Source of the DNA: Sarea resinae
Taxonomy: Eukaryota
Direction: 5' to 3'
Assembly: GCA_026026165.1 (NCBI GenBank)
Contig: JAPEUD010000001.1
Coordinates: 558,001-622,000, forward strand
Length of the DNA stretch: 64,000 nt
Shown: piece by piece, positions 14,150 to 26,188 of the stretch
Position numbering within the stretch: position 1 is the stretch's first letter
Layout of the letters: every line of letters starts with the position of its first letter
Translations under genes and position numbers: made by a program
Notes under the pieces: generated by a model
What the model saw: the letters and a program-made list of their open reading frames with translations, nothing else
The model's database searches: none
What the model was told of the DNA's origin: nothing

Positions 14150-15250
14150 ATGAACCCTTATAACCATCCCCCTCGAGGCAGCTCAAGCTAGCCCGCCTTT
14201 CCCCATCTCCCCATCTCCCCATCTCCCTATCCCTCGCGACAGGAAACCCTTGGAAAGAAAACCCCGAACCTGACTCAATCAATCAGCAAACTGTCCTCCA
14301 TTACCTAGTGCCCCGGGGGGGCAGGGCACACAGCGCGCCCAAAAGTAAGAAATGTTCAAAGAGAAAAAAAAAGGCATCAGATCAAGTGTAGATTAGAATA
14401 ATCGACATACGGCTTCTTCCGCATTTCCCCTTTCTCCACTTCTTCCAACCCGAGAGAAGGAAACTGGGGGAAAGAGGAAACGAAGAAACCGGTCCGCATT
14501 GCAGAATTCTTGCTTGCTCATCATATGTGTGGATATCTCGTGTTCTCCTGCACGAGCAGCAGGGAGAGAGGCTCGATGGTATAAGGGAAAGGCGGACAAG
14601 TAAAGGAGAGAAAAAGTTCGTGGGACGTACCGTGGGGTGAACTTCATGTTGGCCGATTCCGTGATAAGAGGCTGCTTATGCTATAGAGATGATGGTATGC
14701 AGGGGGCTTGGCTGCTACACATCTCAATTAATAGCAAGGGAGGTGGAAGCCTGAACTGCACTTCGAGGGGTCATATATGAGCAGGGCATCTTTTGAGACG
14801 GGGGCTTGAAGGTTGTCAGTCGTCAGCGAAGACTGTGTGTCAGTATTCAGCAAGCTCTTGTCAGGAGTCGACGAAGAGTGAGATGCTGAAGAAGATGGAG
14901 ACACCTCGATCCGCGTCAGTAGTGACTGCCGAGCAACAGTGAGTTCTGCATGGCGGAAGGTGCAGAAAGTCAATGTAGAAGAGGGAACGAACGGAAGTAC
15001 GAGTGGTGCGTGTTGAATGGAAAGAATTAAGTGTGATGGGAGTTGCGTTGCTTATGTAATCGGTTTTCTGCCACCGCCTAAACTCACCTACTTCCCCTTC
15101 CCACCATACTATGCCTCTACGGTCGAGGAGGTTTCACTGGTGAGATTTTGAGGAGTTGATTCAGAAAGTCTATGGGAGATGGCATAGACGACTTCTACTG
15201 GGATCTAAGGATGGCGTCATGTGCCTCGAGCAGAACGATGCCTTATATAC
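14150..15250 (-). ncRNA. Probable non-coding, spliced snoRNA host transcript (ends approximate)
   Basis: TATATAA at 15249-15243 (minus strand); 361-nt intron 14630-14270; the spliced product gives only a 20-codon ORF (MKFTPRFGVFF...); no conserved long ORF seen. Confidence 0.5.
14375..14528 (-). ncRNA. Intronic box C/D guide RNA (snoRNA/scaRNA-like) with predicted targets U2 snRNA A30 and 5.8S rRNA G75
   Basis: Minus strand: box C ATGATGA (14524-14518), guide GAATTCTGCAAT (14509-14498), D' CGGA (14496-14493), long hairpin (about 14490-14411), C' ATGTCGA (14408-14402), guide CTACACTTGAT (14391-14381), box D CTGA (14380-14377). It sits inside a GTACGT...GCTGAT...CAG intron (14630-14270). Confidence 0.85.
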
Positions 15251-15393
15251 AAGCGACCCGCAGCAAACGCGCGCCGGCTAGGAACGCAATGGATGACAAG
15301 TGACAGGATCCGATAGAAGACTGAGTAAATTCTTTTCGCCCCGAAAAGAGTTCATCCCGAAAAGTAGGGTCCATCAGCAGCGCAATCTCCCCC

Positions 15394-18300
15394 CTACTCG
15401 ATTCCAAATTCCTCTCCCACCACGCCCAATAGTCCCCTGAATTTCCCTAGAACCACTCTGTCTCTCCATGCTACACCCGCTGCCCTAACCACCAGTGGAT
15501 ATAGTCGATGCATATGCTTTCGGTTGTCAGAAGACACACCCGGCGCGTCTGGAATAGCTCTAGGCTCAGCCTCGAGGTCGATCAGCTTTTCAAGAATATA
15601 CAGCAATTCCTTTCGTTGAGAGCTTGGCGTCGGCATGCGGCCTCTGAGAGGCTGATCGGCGATGTAAGCACGAATGGTGATAGCAGCCCGAAGGATGAGA
15701 AATGGTGCGGCAGCCTGGGCAAGCTTGACACGTGGCGGCGAGCCGTCGTGGAGGGAGACGAGAGCAAACAACGTGTCGAGGCAGACGTAGCTCATGCGCG
15801 AACGGAGGGAAGGAGGAGGGTCGTAGGTGCGGCCTAGGCGAGGCTTATAGAGATTCTTTAGGGGCTCAGACGTGCCAAATTGTGGCAATTCGGGAGGTGT
15901 GGGGGAGTGAATGAGAGAGGTGGTGAATAGGCTGGAGCCGTAGGCTCTGCGAACTGAATCCGCAATGGATGGGGAACCGAGTGCTGGGGTTATGAGGTTA
16001 GACAACCGAGTAAAGGATTGGATGTCGAACGTCTCGTCTGCTGCGATACTTGTAAGAGATGAAGCTAGGGACGTATCCGCGGCCAATATACTGCCTATGA
16101 TCTCGACCACTATCTTCCAGTGCTTGTTGATTTCTTCCTCCGCGCGCACTTTTTCTGTCATCACAGGTAAAGCTACTTCGAGGACAGCAACGGTAACAGA
16201 CGTGGCCTTTTTCCATGAGAAAGGCTCCTTCGTCTCAACACGCCACCTATACTTTCTAGCAATAGGTAAGACGAGGCTTTGGAGAGACGTCAGTAACGCA
16301 TCGCCTGCATAGACGTCTGCATCATGGACATGCTCTATGAGAAGGCCCTGCAGTAGGTCCATGGAGATTTTCGACAAGGCGATGAAAGTATGTTCGCGGT
16401 TGCCGACTTCCGGGGGATTCCTATCAAAAGCAAGTGCAACAAAGCCTGCTAGGAGTCGAATAATCCTAGGCGCTGCACCTTTGATATCCGTCCGTATCAT
16501 TTTAACAGCCTCCGTAATTTCTGTTTGCACAGGTGTGAGGTGATCGATATCTGTGGCATATTGCGGGCTATCTGAGCAGCAAACACTTTCGCGAAGATTA
16601 TCCAGGATTTGCTCCACACGTTGGACTGTAAGGTCCTTCTCAATCAGGCGATATAGCTCTTGGAAGAGCTGCACGTAGGCCAAGAAAGCATCTTGATTAT
16701 TCGTTTTGGGTTCCCGAGCGCCACCTTTGGACACAGGAATCTCCTTACACCAGATGTCCCAGACCAGTTCGGCAGACGATCTCCCAATCTTATCGGCATT
16801 TTCCACTTTCGAGAGGACATTCCTCAGCAGCTTGAATACTGTTGTACGAACCTGAAGAGATGGACGCTCCAGGAAGACGGAAAGGTAATGTAAAAACCTC
16901 TGCCAGGAATCGGTGAAATTTTCTTGCCGTACAATAGCATCCAAATAGTTCTCTAGTAATCCAGATATTCCATTGAGCATGATGATAGTTGTTTCGTTCC
17001 AGCTCTTTGTGTGTCGATCCAACGAAGAAGTCGTAGAAGAGTCTGATGGGTGTTTTTGTGAATCATTGGCTTCCATGACTTTGAATATAACGACTCTGAG
17101 ACAGGAGTCCCAGGCTCCAGGGGTCAAATCGTCACCGTATGCGTCGAATATTCTAAGAAGTGTTTGGATTGCGCCTAGGCTTCTTAGTCGTCTTCCACAC
17201 GATAGCTTCAAATTTACTAACCATTTCGGACTTCAGCTCGGTCATCAGTCGTGACTGCTGCCAACCTGAGCAATAGCAGTACCCATAACGCAGCGCCTGA
17301 TACCCGTTTATCATCACTCTCTGCTCGCTCTAGCAAGTTGCTCTCATTTTGGGCCTTCAGTGCTTGCTCGTCGAAGGAAGTATTTCGACTCTGAAGAAAG
17401 TCGGAAACTTCCCAAAAGAACGTGAGTGTCTTCAGAGGTTAGTCATTCGAACATGTCTCTTGGGTGGAGTGGCCTACTGTCAAAGAAACATTGAGATCAT
17501 CTTCTTGGGAGCAAAAACGGTACAGAGCGTCAAGAAGGACCAGTTCACACGTCCTTGGCAATGAGGAGAGAAAATCCGAACAGATGAGCTGAAGACAGCT
17601 GAAAGACGAACGAATCAATTTTGGTGACCGATCACCCCTGGCGGATCGAGGACGAGGAATGACATCTTTCGCTTGATCCTCAGGAGCGGAACCAGGAATC
17701 GTTATCCCGAAGACACTAGCAATGATCTCAAAGACCAGATCCCACCCAGCGACGAGTGACTCCCCACATTGCTCGAGTATCGATTTCAAGGCTTCCAGCG
17801 CTAGTAGGTGGACATCTGTATCAGAGGCATGCGCCGCCACTGTTTCTTCCCGTCCTCCATCGAACAGAGCGATAATCTCTTCTCGAAGCGCAGATAGGAC
17901 CATTCGTTGAATCCTGTTTCGTGAATCGAGCGGCTCAGATGTTGTAGTGGTGGCCGCGGCGATGATAATTGAGTGCAAGACTTCAGCAGCCCGCAATCGC
18001 ACCGACGGACCAACTTGGCTAGAGGAGGCAGCAGAGACAAGCTCTCGAATGAGGACATCCCACCCGCTCTCGGCCGTTTTGCGAGTTGTCAGTCGAGATA
18101 GGTTGATGCTAGCAAGCTCGCCGATTTTGGCCAGAGCAAAATGATGTTCCTGTATCTGCGAGGAAGTATTTGCAGGAAGCCCTGAAATGCTGACAGCTCT
18201 GCGGTGGGACGATGATGGCACCTGCGGACGCAATTTGGCCGGCACAGGAGTATCAACTGAATCAGGCTTCGGCTGTTGCTCTTCAACATCGCCAAATATA

Positions 18301-20887
18301 CCGCAAAGAGCTGTAAGCACGTCCACGAAAGACTCATTCGGAAAATCGGCCGTGCTCTCGAACATCCTATCTGCAGCTGTTTCCACAGCTGAAATCTCGG
18401 AACCAAAGTTCACAAACAGTGAAGACACCTCACCTCCATCTCCGGCATCGTTTTTGCGACCGAGATAAGAACCCTGGCGTCCTACTTTTCTGCTTGCAGA
18501 ATAAATCACGAAATCCGCTTGCTGCAGCGTCTCGAGTACTATGGACCATGCCTTACCTAAGGTTGGACCCAAGGCGATAGCAAGATTCAGAAGTGCCCGT
18601 AAACAAAGTAGGTTTCGCGTGTTAAGTGAAGGAGAGGTACTATCCGCAGAGGGTTGGCGATCTTTCTCCGAAGAAACGGTAGAAGACTGACTGACGATAC
18701 TATCGACGCTCAGGAGCCCTTTAGCATTCGCAAAAATACCTTTGATCTCTGTTGTAGGAGTACTAGGAGCTGAAGAGAAATTGGAAGTCAGGAGAAACGC
18801 TGGAACGGCTGCCTTTCCGAGAGTGGTCAAGAAAGCATCTCTGGGGGTTGAAAGTCTTAATAGGCCCGCAACCTGAGTGAATTTTTGAAATGAGCGAACA
18901 AGGCTATGGTAGTAATCCGTGTCGAGAGCAGCGTGGAGAAAGGTGGAGCAGGTTGCAAGAACAGCCGGCCAGCAGGTGGACACAATTTCAGAGCAGGTTT
19001 TAATTTCCTTAAACAAAGGGTGGTTGTCTAAGCTCAGCGGATTGATCGGGACATGGCTCTTCCGGTGAGAGTGCCTTCTAGATAGCTCCCTAGTTTGCGG
19101 CTCCGACGAGGTAGGTTCTGATGTTATTGGCGAAGAACCTTCCTGCTCGATAGCTGGAACGTTTCTATTCTTCTTCTTCCCCTTTCCATCTGTAGGTATC
19201 GTGAGAGGTAATATAAACTTCGCAAGGCCTTCTGAGAATGCGTTTACGCAAAGCAAGGTAAGGCTGTAGATGTAAGACTCGGGCAAGTTCGGAGGATCTG
19301 ATTTGTCGAGCTGATCAATACATGGGACTCGTACAGAGCTCCATTGGGCGCTGATGCCCGGAACGTTGACTTCGCTCATTGCAACGGGACCACTAATGAT
19401 TCCCGCAACCCCGCCAGCTTCCATTGCAACTTGATCGCCCGAAGAATCCTTCACGAGAGACTGGCCGACTGGCACAGAAGACTGGTACCCAAGGCCAATG
19501 ACACCAGGCTTCTCCGCAGAAAGGCGTACTAAAGCACCCAGATGATCTCCGACGATGTTCTTCTTCCCTTCTTTTTCGTCAAATTGAGCATAGTACTTGC
19601 GAGTAAGTCCAGGCTCTGAATGCAAGCCTCGGAAGATTTCCATGCACAAAGCTCGTTTCCAAGGAGCTGCAGCTTCAGGATCAAGCATGTGAGTGAGAAG
19701 ACTGAGGGCCACCTCGCATTCAGAGACAAGAATACTGAGATGTCTTCTCAATAGAATATATAATACTCTAGCCACGCGAACTGTCGTGGAAAAGCTCTGT
19801 CGCTCTGAGATGGCCCTGATGATAAAAGGCATGACTCGGCCACGAAGCACACTTGCTTGCTCCGCATGCGAAAGGAAGATGTCAGGGTGGTTACTAAGGA
19901 TGGATTCGATCAATTCCAGGCCAAAATTCTGAGGTAAGCCAGTCGAAGAAAGAAACCGCGGCTTTCGGCCCTCAGTCAGCAGGCAGAGATCACTGAATAC
20001 CTATACACCGCATGTCAGGTCTCTGTGCAGTTTTTTGGACTGCTTGCACGTTACGCACTCTATAAGCATCAAGCGCGGCGGGCCGCAGCTGAACGACACC
20101 TTCATCTGTCTCGATTTCCGAGACATAGGAGATTTCGTCTGCCTTTCCTGCTAGCCATCAACACGGATCCTTCCACCTAGTAAAGGTCGGGTCTTAGGAA
20201 AACCTACGATCTTCTGCAGCTACTTTGTCAAAAACAGATACCGACAGCTGCTGCAGCGTCGCAGCTGCCGTGCTGCTTACAACAGCAGTCTTACTCCCTT
20301 GTAAGGTTGAGCATACATGCAGAGCACTCCCTAGAAGCTCTCCCGTCAGAGCATCCGCATAGTTCTGCAATAGAGGCGGAAGGGACTGCAAGATTTTGAG
20401 CTGCACATCAAGGCCTAGCGCATCATAAGCTAAGCTGTCACTTGAGAATGAATACTGCCCTACCGAGTGAAGTTGACTCCCGCCATGCTTCGAGGACATC
20501 TTTCAGGTTGTCTTTCGGCAAGCCGCGAGACACCACGAGCCTCTGCAAGCAGGATACCGCGATACCTGAAAATTTGGCATTACGAGTTTTGCATGCAATC
20601 AAGAAAGGAGCAATGAAGCTCGGTCGCCGCGAAAGGTCTTTTGCATGATCAGAACATAGAAAGGCATATGGCAAGAAAGACAACGAACCAGCAGCAAGTT
20701 GGGCCTCTGAAGTGGAAGGGAGTGCTTTAAGCTCGTTTAACGACTTTTCAGCAGCCTATCATTTCATATGAGCTTCCCAATTAGCTAAGATTGGGGCATC
20801 AACTCATACGTGTCGTAAATCGGAGTTCTTCCTCTTGGAGTCCTGGATTAGGTTGGTGAGTTCAGAGCTCAGGATTTGTGCAGTCAT
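15394..20887 (-). CDS. MON2: Mon2/Ysl2 endosomal Sec7-related (DCB-HUS-HDS) protein
   Basis: Starts MTAQILSSELTNLIQDSKRKNSDLRH. Multi-exon, joining ORFs 20438..20683, 20194..20499, 17439..19913 and 15394..17211. Motifs LDVQLKILQ, CIDQLDK, YHSLVRSFQKF, PRDAFLTTL, YIADQPLRG. Confidence 0.93.
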
Positions 20888-21281
20888 GCTTGATGCAGCT
20901 TCAGATCATCGCCAAATTCTCTTGAGGGAGCATTGCTTCTTCGGTCATTCCAAATATCTCTGGGAATGAATGTTATATTGCTCGATGATATTGGTGAGGT
21001 CTCAACGGTGAGTAATGGTATGGATCACTGCGTACTCCGTAAGTGATCAATGATATGTGGTAACTCGAGGTCGTTTGGTACTACCATAGTACAGCTACGT
21101 AAGTGAACGCGCAACGAGAGCATGGAAGTGTAAGCGAATAGCAAGATTAGCCGGTGGGCTGCAAGCGAGTTCATCATCACCGCCTTACGACCCCTCTAAC
21201 AAAGACAGCGGGAGAGCTTCCAGATTTCGATACCAGAATTCATATTCAAGATCTCTCCTGTCACTTCTGCACATTTCAAAT

Positions 21282-21955
21282 ATGGCCACCGTGCCTCGTA
21301 ATTTTCGCCTCCTGGAGGAGCTAGAGAAAGGCGAAAAGGGTCTTGGAGCTGGTAAGTCTTTGTCTCGCCCGTCAGGCGTCAGGTCCACGTGCTCGACCTT
21401 GTCTTCTTACATGCGGTGATAGAGGCATGCTCGTACGGATTGGCAAACGGAGACGACCTATTGATGTCGGATTGGAATGGAACCATCCTTGGACCGCCGC
21501 ACGTAGGTTGCTTGTCTTCTTGAAGCAGATTTCTCGACGACATCGACGACCGGAACTGATCCCGTCTACGCTAGAGCGTGCATGAGAACCGCATCTACAG
21601 TTTAAACATCCACTGCGGCGATAACTATCCTGACACCCCGCCTGAGGTCACCTTCGTGTCCAAAGTCAACTTACCATGTGTTGATCAAGTGAACGGCAAG
21701 GTATGATTCAATTTGGCAGACGTTCAGGAATGGGACAGGGCTGATCGATTGACTAGGTTGACAAGTCGAGGCTGCCATGCTTGTCGGACTGGAAACGGGA
21801 CTACACTATGGAGACTATCCTCATTGAACTGAGAAGGCAAGCAATCAGAGGGAGGATATCTGTGCCGCCGCCCCCGTACTGACTGCTTGAAAAGGTACAT
21901 GGCTTTACCGCATCACAAGAAGCTACCGCAGCCCCCAGAGGGTGCTACATACTAG
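21282..21955 (+). CDS. MMS2: Ubiquitin-conjugating enzyme variant Mms2/Uev1
   Basis: Missed by the ORF track. Exons give MATVPRNFRLLEELEKGEKGLGA / EACSYGL...WNGTILGPPH / SVHENRIYSLNIHCG..YPD.PP / ...METILIELRR / YMALPHHKKLPQPPEGATY*. The last intron (21837-21894) is GC-AG. Confidence 0.95.
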
Positions 21956-22419
21956 GCCATGGAAGCGTCAGAGGGCGACAGGAGCGATAGGACCGAAGAA
22001 GCAACACAGCATGAGAGATGGTGGTTCATGAAATCGAGCAGATGGGCGTGGCTCATCGAGCGTTGTTTTCCTTTCTTGCATTTCCCTCGAACATTGCATC
22101 GGCGAAGCGGCGCGCAACTGCTTTGAAGATGATTAGTCGCAACAGTTCTACATATATCCAGCTCTGAGAATCAAGAGGGATTCGATGGATCTCATCCGCA
22201 CGTGATGAGGGCATTTAGGTTGGGCGTGCTCTGGCGTACGAAGTTACTCTGCTCGTACTCTGTACCCAGGGCAGCCAAATCAACACCGTACTGCGCAAAG
22301 TTGTGATTGAAATGGATCTTCTTGAACCTCACGAAACATCAATGTGACCTATAGGGACTTGACGTTGAATGCCTGCCTACCGATCCTGATTTAATTAGGA
22401 GTGCATTGTTTGGAAGGTG

Positions 22420-22720
22420 AACAAAGTTTCTCTCTTGTCTATTAAAAGCACTAAATTTATCTAGCTCTAATCTTCTAAATAAGATACTAAATAAAAATCC
22501 TCTAGCACTCTCCTATACTCTTATATTCTAATACACTTCTGCGTCTAATCATAGTGTATCTAATAATTCAAGGCAGACTCTGACCCACTCCCTATATCTG
22601 GGCCTAATTCTTATCAGAATAAAGAGCTATAGGATATAAACCTACTTGCACTCTAGAACAAACACTACTCGTACTACTCTTCAGAAGCTCCACTAGCTCT
22701 TCAATTATCTTTGTGCTAGT
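22420..22720. mobile_element. AT-rich, TpA-enriched degenerate segment, probable RIP-mutated repeat relic
   Basis: Abrupt drop in GC, dense CTA/TAG/TAA, few CpA/TpG, no ORF. Element type not recognisable. Confidence 0.5.
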
Positions 22721-23117
22721 CAGAGTGTGGAAAGTTTGTGTATCAGTGTTGTGATTGCTGAAAACTTGTACTTGTATTCTGATGCTTGGTGGGGAATCTG
22801 GAATATCGGGTTTGGGTTTAGCGCCCGCTTTTGTGTGTGGTGTCGCAACACCGCGGTTCGAAATTTTGGTAGGTAGACGATTTATTTACTACAGTACTAT
22901 CTTCGACCTCTCTATCGGATTTTGAGCAGCCCTGAAGCAGGTCTTACCCACTCATTCTAAAAGGCGCAAGGGCGCAATTCGGGCCTTGATTTAGGGGCAT
23001 TGCATCCAGCACAAGTCCACGCCGTCCCATTGGTGCGAAAATTCAATAATCAGCTTTCTACACTTTTCCCTCGCAACAGCCCGCCCTTATCCATCCTCAG
23101 CCTACCTCACCTACACC

Positions 23118-24402
23118 ATGGCGAAAACGAGACCGAGCAAGAAAGAGAAGAAGCGCGAGCGGTCGGTCTTGAATGGTACCACGGGCCCGATACAAAAATC
23201 ACCGCCGACCGAATCGCCCGAAAGCCTTCTCGCCGAAGCAACGGCCCTTCTCCAGACATCACAACCGGAGCAAGCCCTCGAGCTCGCGGAAAGGGCACTG
23301 GCCCTGCTACAGCCAGCCTCTACTCCTACAGTGGCTTCGCTGCCGGCGCTCAGCATCCTTGCGGAGACGCACCTCGAGCTTGGTGATGTCGAGGGGGCAC
23401 GAGAGCGGTTCTTGACCGCCGTGTCACTCGATCCCGCCGGCGAGATTCCAGAGGAGGCTGGAGGCGGCGCGGAGAAGTTTCTATATCTAGCACAATTGTG
23501 CGAGGAGGGTGGAGCGGAGAGCGTGCAATGGTTCGAGAAAGGCGCCGCGGCGCTGAGAAGAGACATTGCAGCTCTAGAAGGGAAGAAGGCGGAGCCAGAA
23601 GAAGAATACATGGCCGAGGAGAAGAAGAGAAAATTGGCCAATGCACTCTGTGGTGTTGCGGAAGTCTACATGACAGATCTATCGTGAGTTTTCTCCGCGC
23701 CATCATCATAGTGCTACGGGACACAGACACGGGACTCGGGGCATGATGCTGACATTTCAATACAGATGGGAAGAGGATGCTGAAGCCAGGTGCGAAGCCT
23801 TGGTCACAGAGGCGTTGCTCGTGGCACCAAATACACCGGAGCCCCTGCAAACGCTGGCATCGGTTCGGATATCACAGGAGCGAGGCGAAGACGCGCGAGC
23901 AGCTCTCTCGAGAAGCATGGAATTATGGAAGGACCTTCCACCGGAAGATCCACACGTGCCGGACTTTCCAACCAGGGTCAGTCTGGCCCGGCTCCTGATG
24001 GAAACCGAGATGGAAGACGAAGCGATCGAAGTTCTGGAACGACTAGTGGGCGAAGACGACAGTAGCGTGGAGACGTGGTACCTCGGCGGATGGTGCCTGT
24101 ATCTCATGGGCCAGAAGAGAAAGGACGCGGCGCCGACGTCGTCGTCGTCACATGACGGCGACGATTGGACGGCGCTGCTAGTCGCCAGCCGAGAATGGCT
24201 ACAAAACAGTCTAAAGCTCTACAATGCACTGGAGTACGAAGATGAGAGATTAAGGGATCACGCAGTAGAATTGGTCAATGGACTCGATGGAGAGTTGGGT
24301 CCGGTGGGCGAGGAAGGAGATGACGACGGGGAGATTGGTGATGATTGGGAAGATGAGGACGACGACGACGACGATGATGATGAGCGGATGGAGGGAACTT
24401 GA
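23118..24402 (+). CDS. ACL4: TPR protein, assembly chaperone of Rpl4
   Basis: 2 exons (intron 23684-23765). Motifs AEKFLYLAQL, EVYMTDLSWEEDAE, QTLASVRISQ, WYLGGW; acidic C-terminus. Confidence 0.88.
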
Positions 24403-26188
24403 AGATAGGCCGCTTTATCAGTAGTGGAGTACAAAGTAGAGCATCTCTTGGCATCCATTCCTCTGCATATCCACGGACGATATCGATGATTTCTTCGATG
24501 ACCAAACAGGCGTGGGTTACATACTCCGTACAGTACCATGGGTACCTTATCGCTGGTTGGGTCCACATCCGCGAAAAGAAGAAAGCGCACTGTACCGTAG
24601 TAAAATTAGGCTCTCGTGGATGCGTGCGGAAGCTTAAGGTTGTTGAAGCGCATCTCGGGCTGGCTATCTATGCACAACGGACTTGGTCGGGCTAGACGCT
24701 GGGACGCTGGGCCCTTGAGATGCAGCTCAACAGAAGAAAATAAATGGGGCAGAGGGCCCGACGACGATTAGGGCTAATTCCTTTCTTTTTCTGTCTTTCC
24801 CCTTCTTCCTTTGCGGCTCGCTCGCTTCTCTGTTGTTTGGCGGCGTAGCAGCTCGCTAGCTACTCTAGATTGCTCGTATTTACTTGGAGACGGTAAGGTA
24901 TCTATGCCCAGTAACAGACAGCCCGACCAGATATTCATCGAGGCTCCCATCATCGATCGATACGAGTGATAGTGTAGATAGTGCAGAACTGCCCTTACTG
25001 TCCGTACCGCGGTAGAGCAGAGTGGAGTTGCGTACCTAGTAGGTAGAGAACGGTACGGAGCGGATACCCCGGAAGGACTTGAAGGGTACTCGAAGGGGGA
25101 ACTGGCCTGCAGATAGTGACTTGATGGAGGGTCGAGAAGGTCAGGAATCCACGGATTAGCAACTCAACGCCCCCACTCACCCTTCGCGGACACGAAGCTG
25201 ACGGTCGGCGAGTCGTATATCTGGTGTATCTTAGAGTCGCTGTAGCGTGCAGCGGACGCAAATCACGTCTCGAGCTTGACGTCGGAAGTCGTCCGGAAGT
25301 CTCTCCTTTCGCCAAATGATGAACCTGGAAGCAATCAACGCCATCAGCGCAATCAACCATCAACTTTAGCATCGACTCTACTCGAGCGCTAACGACGACC
25401 GAAGGCTGTCATAGTAATGCGTAGTCATGCGTAGTAATTCGCCGTGAGGAAGCAGGAATTACTCTAGAGTAATAGCAGGCACCGTCCCCCAGGGGAGGGC
25501 AAAGGTGAGGTTATGACTAACGCACCGAGGGCAAAGGTCGAATCGCTGATTGATCATGGATGGATGGATGGATTGACTGATTGATTGATGGATTGCCATG
25601 CAAAGTACCATGGAGAGTACCTGAGCACGTCTTTTCCATTTGCAAGCTCTTTCCTTGCCCTTCTTGCCATAACCTACCACACCTGCATCCGACTAGACTG
25701 TTATACCTTACGGAGATCTTTAATACACACAGACTCCTCATCATTCTCCTCCTCCTCCTCCTCCTCCTCCTCCTCTTCTCGAAACCTCATATTCCCCTCT
25801 CCAAACGCATCCTCTACATCAAGGTTCTGGCCTCACTTCCAAAGGTATAGTGCCATTTGCCCCCCCGATCTCCCTTCGCGGCATTGATCAATATTCGATG
25901 CAAGCCACGCAAAAGCCTCGCTTCGGTTGTGAGGTCGATATTCTAATTCGTTGCGGCACAGTCTATCGCCCAGTCGTCCATACATACATCGCATCTCGTC
26001 TTTCTGTTCGCCGGGGGTTCACCGCGAAGAAAATATCCTTGTCGATTCTGCAAGACAAGACCGATAAATTTCTCACCGCCGATCAAGTCAATGATTGAAA
26101 GATTACTGTCATTACTTGAAGCGCCTCCTCCCCGCATCTTTCTCCCCTCACTCATGCCGCCTGCAATCATATAAAGGCGGCCATTCGG

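Noticed and set aside
14379..14391. Plus-strand AGATCAAGTGTAG, identical to U2 snRNA, read as a U2 gene
   Set aside because: Only 13 nt match and the flanks lack the rest of U2; better explained as the antisense guide on the minus strand.
22850..22870. GGTTCGAAAT as a tRNA T-loop/B-box
   Set aside because: I could not build a cloverleaf around it.
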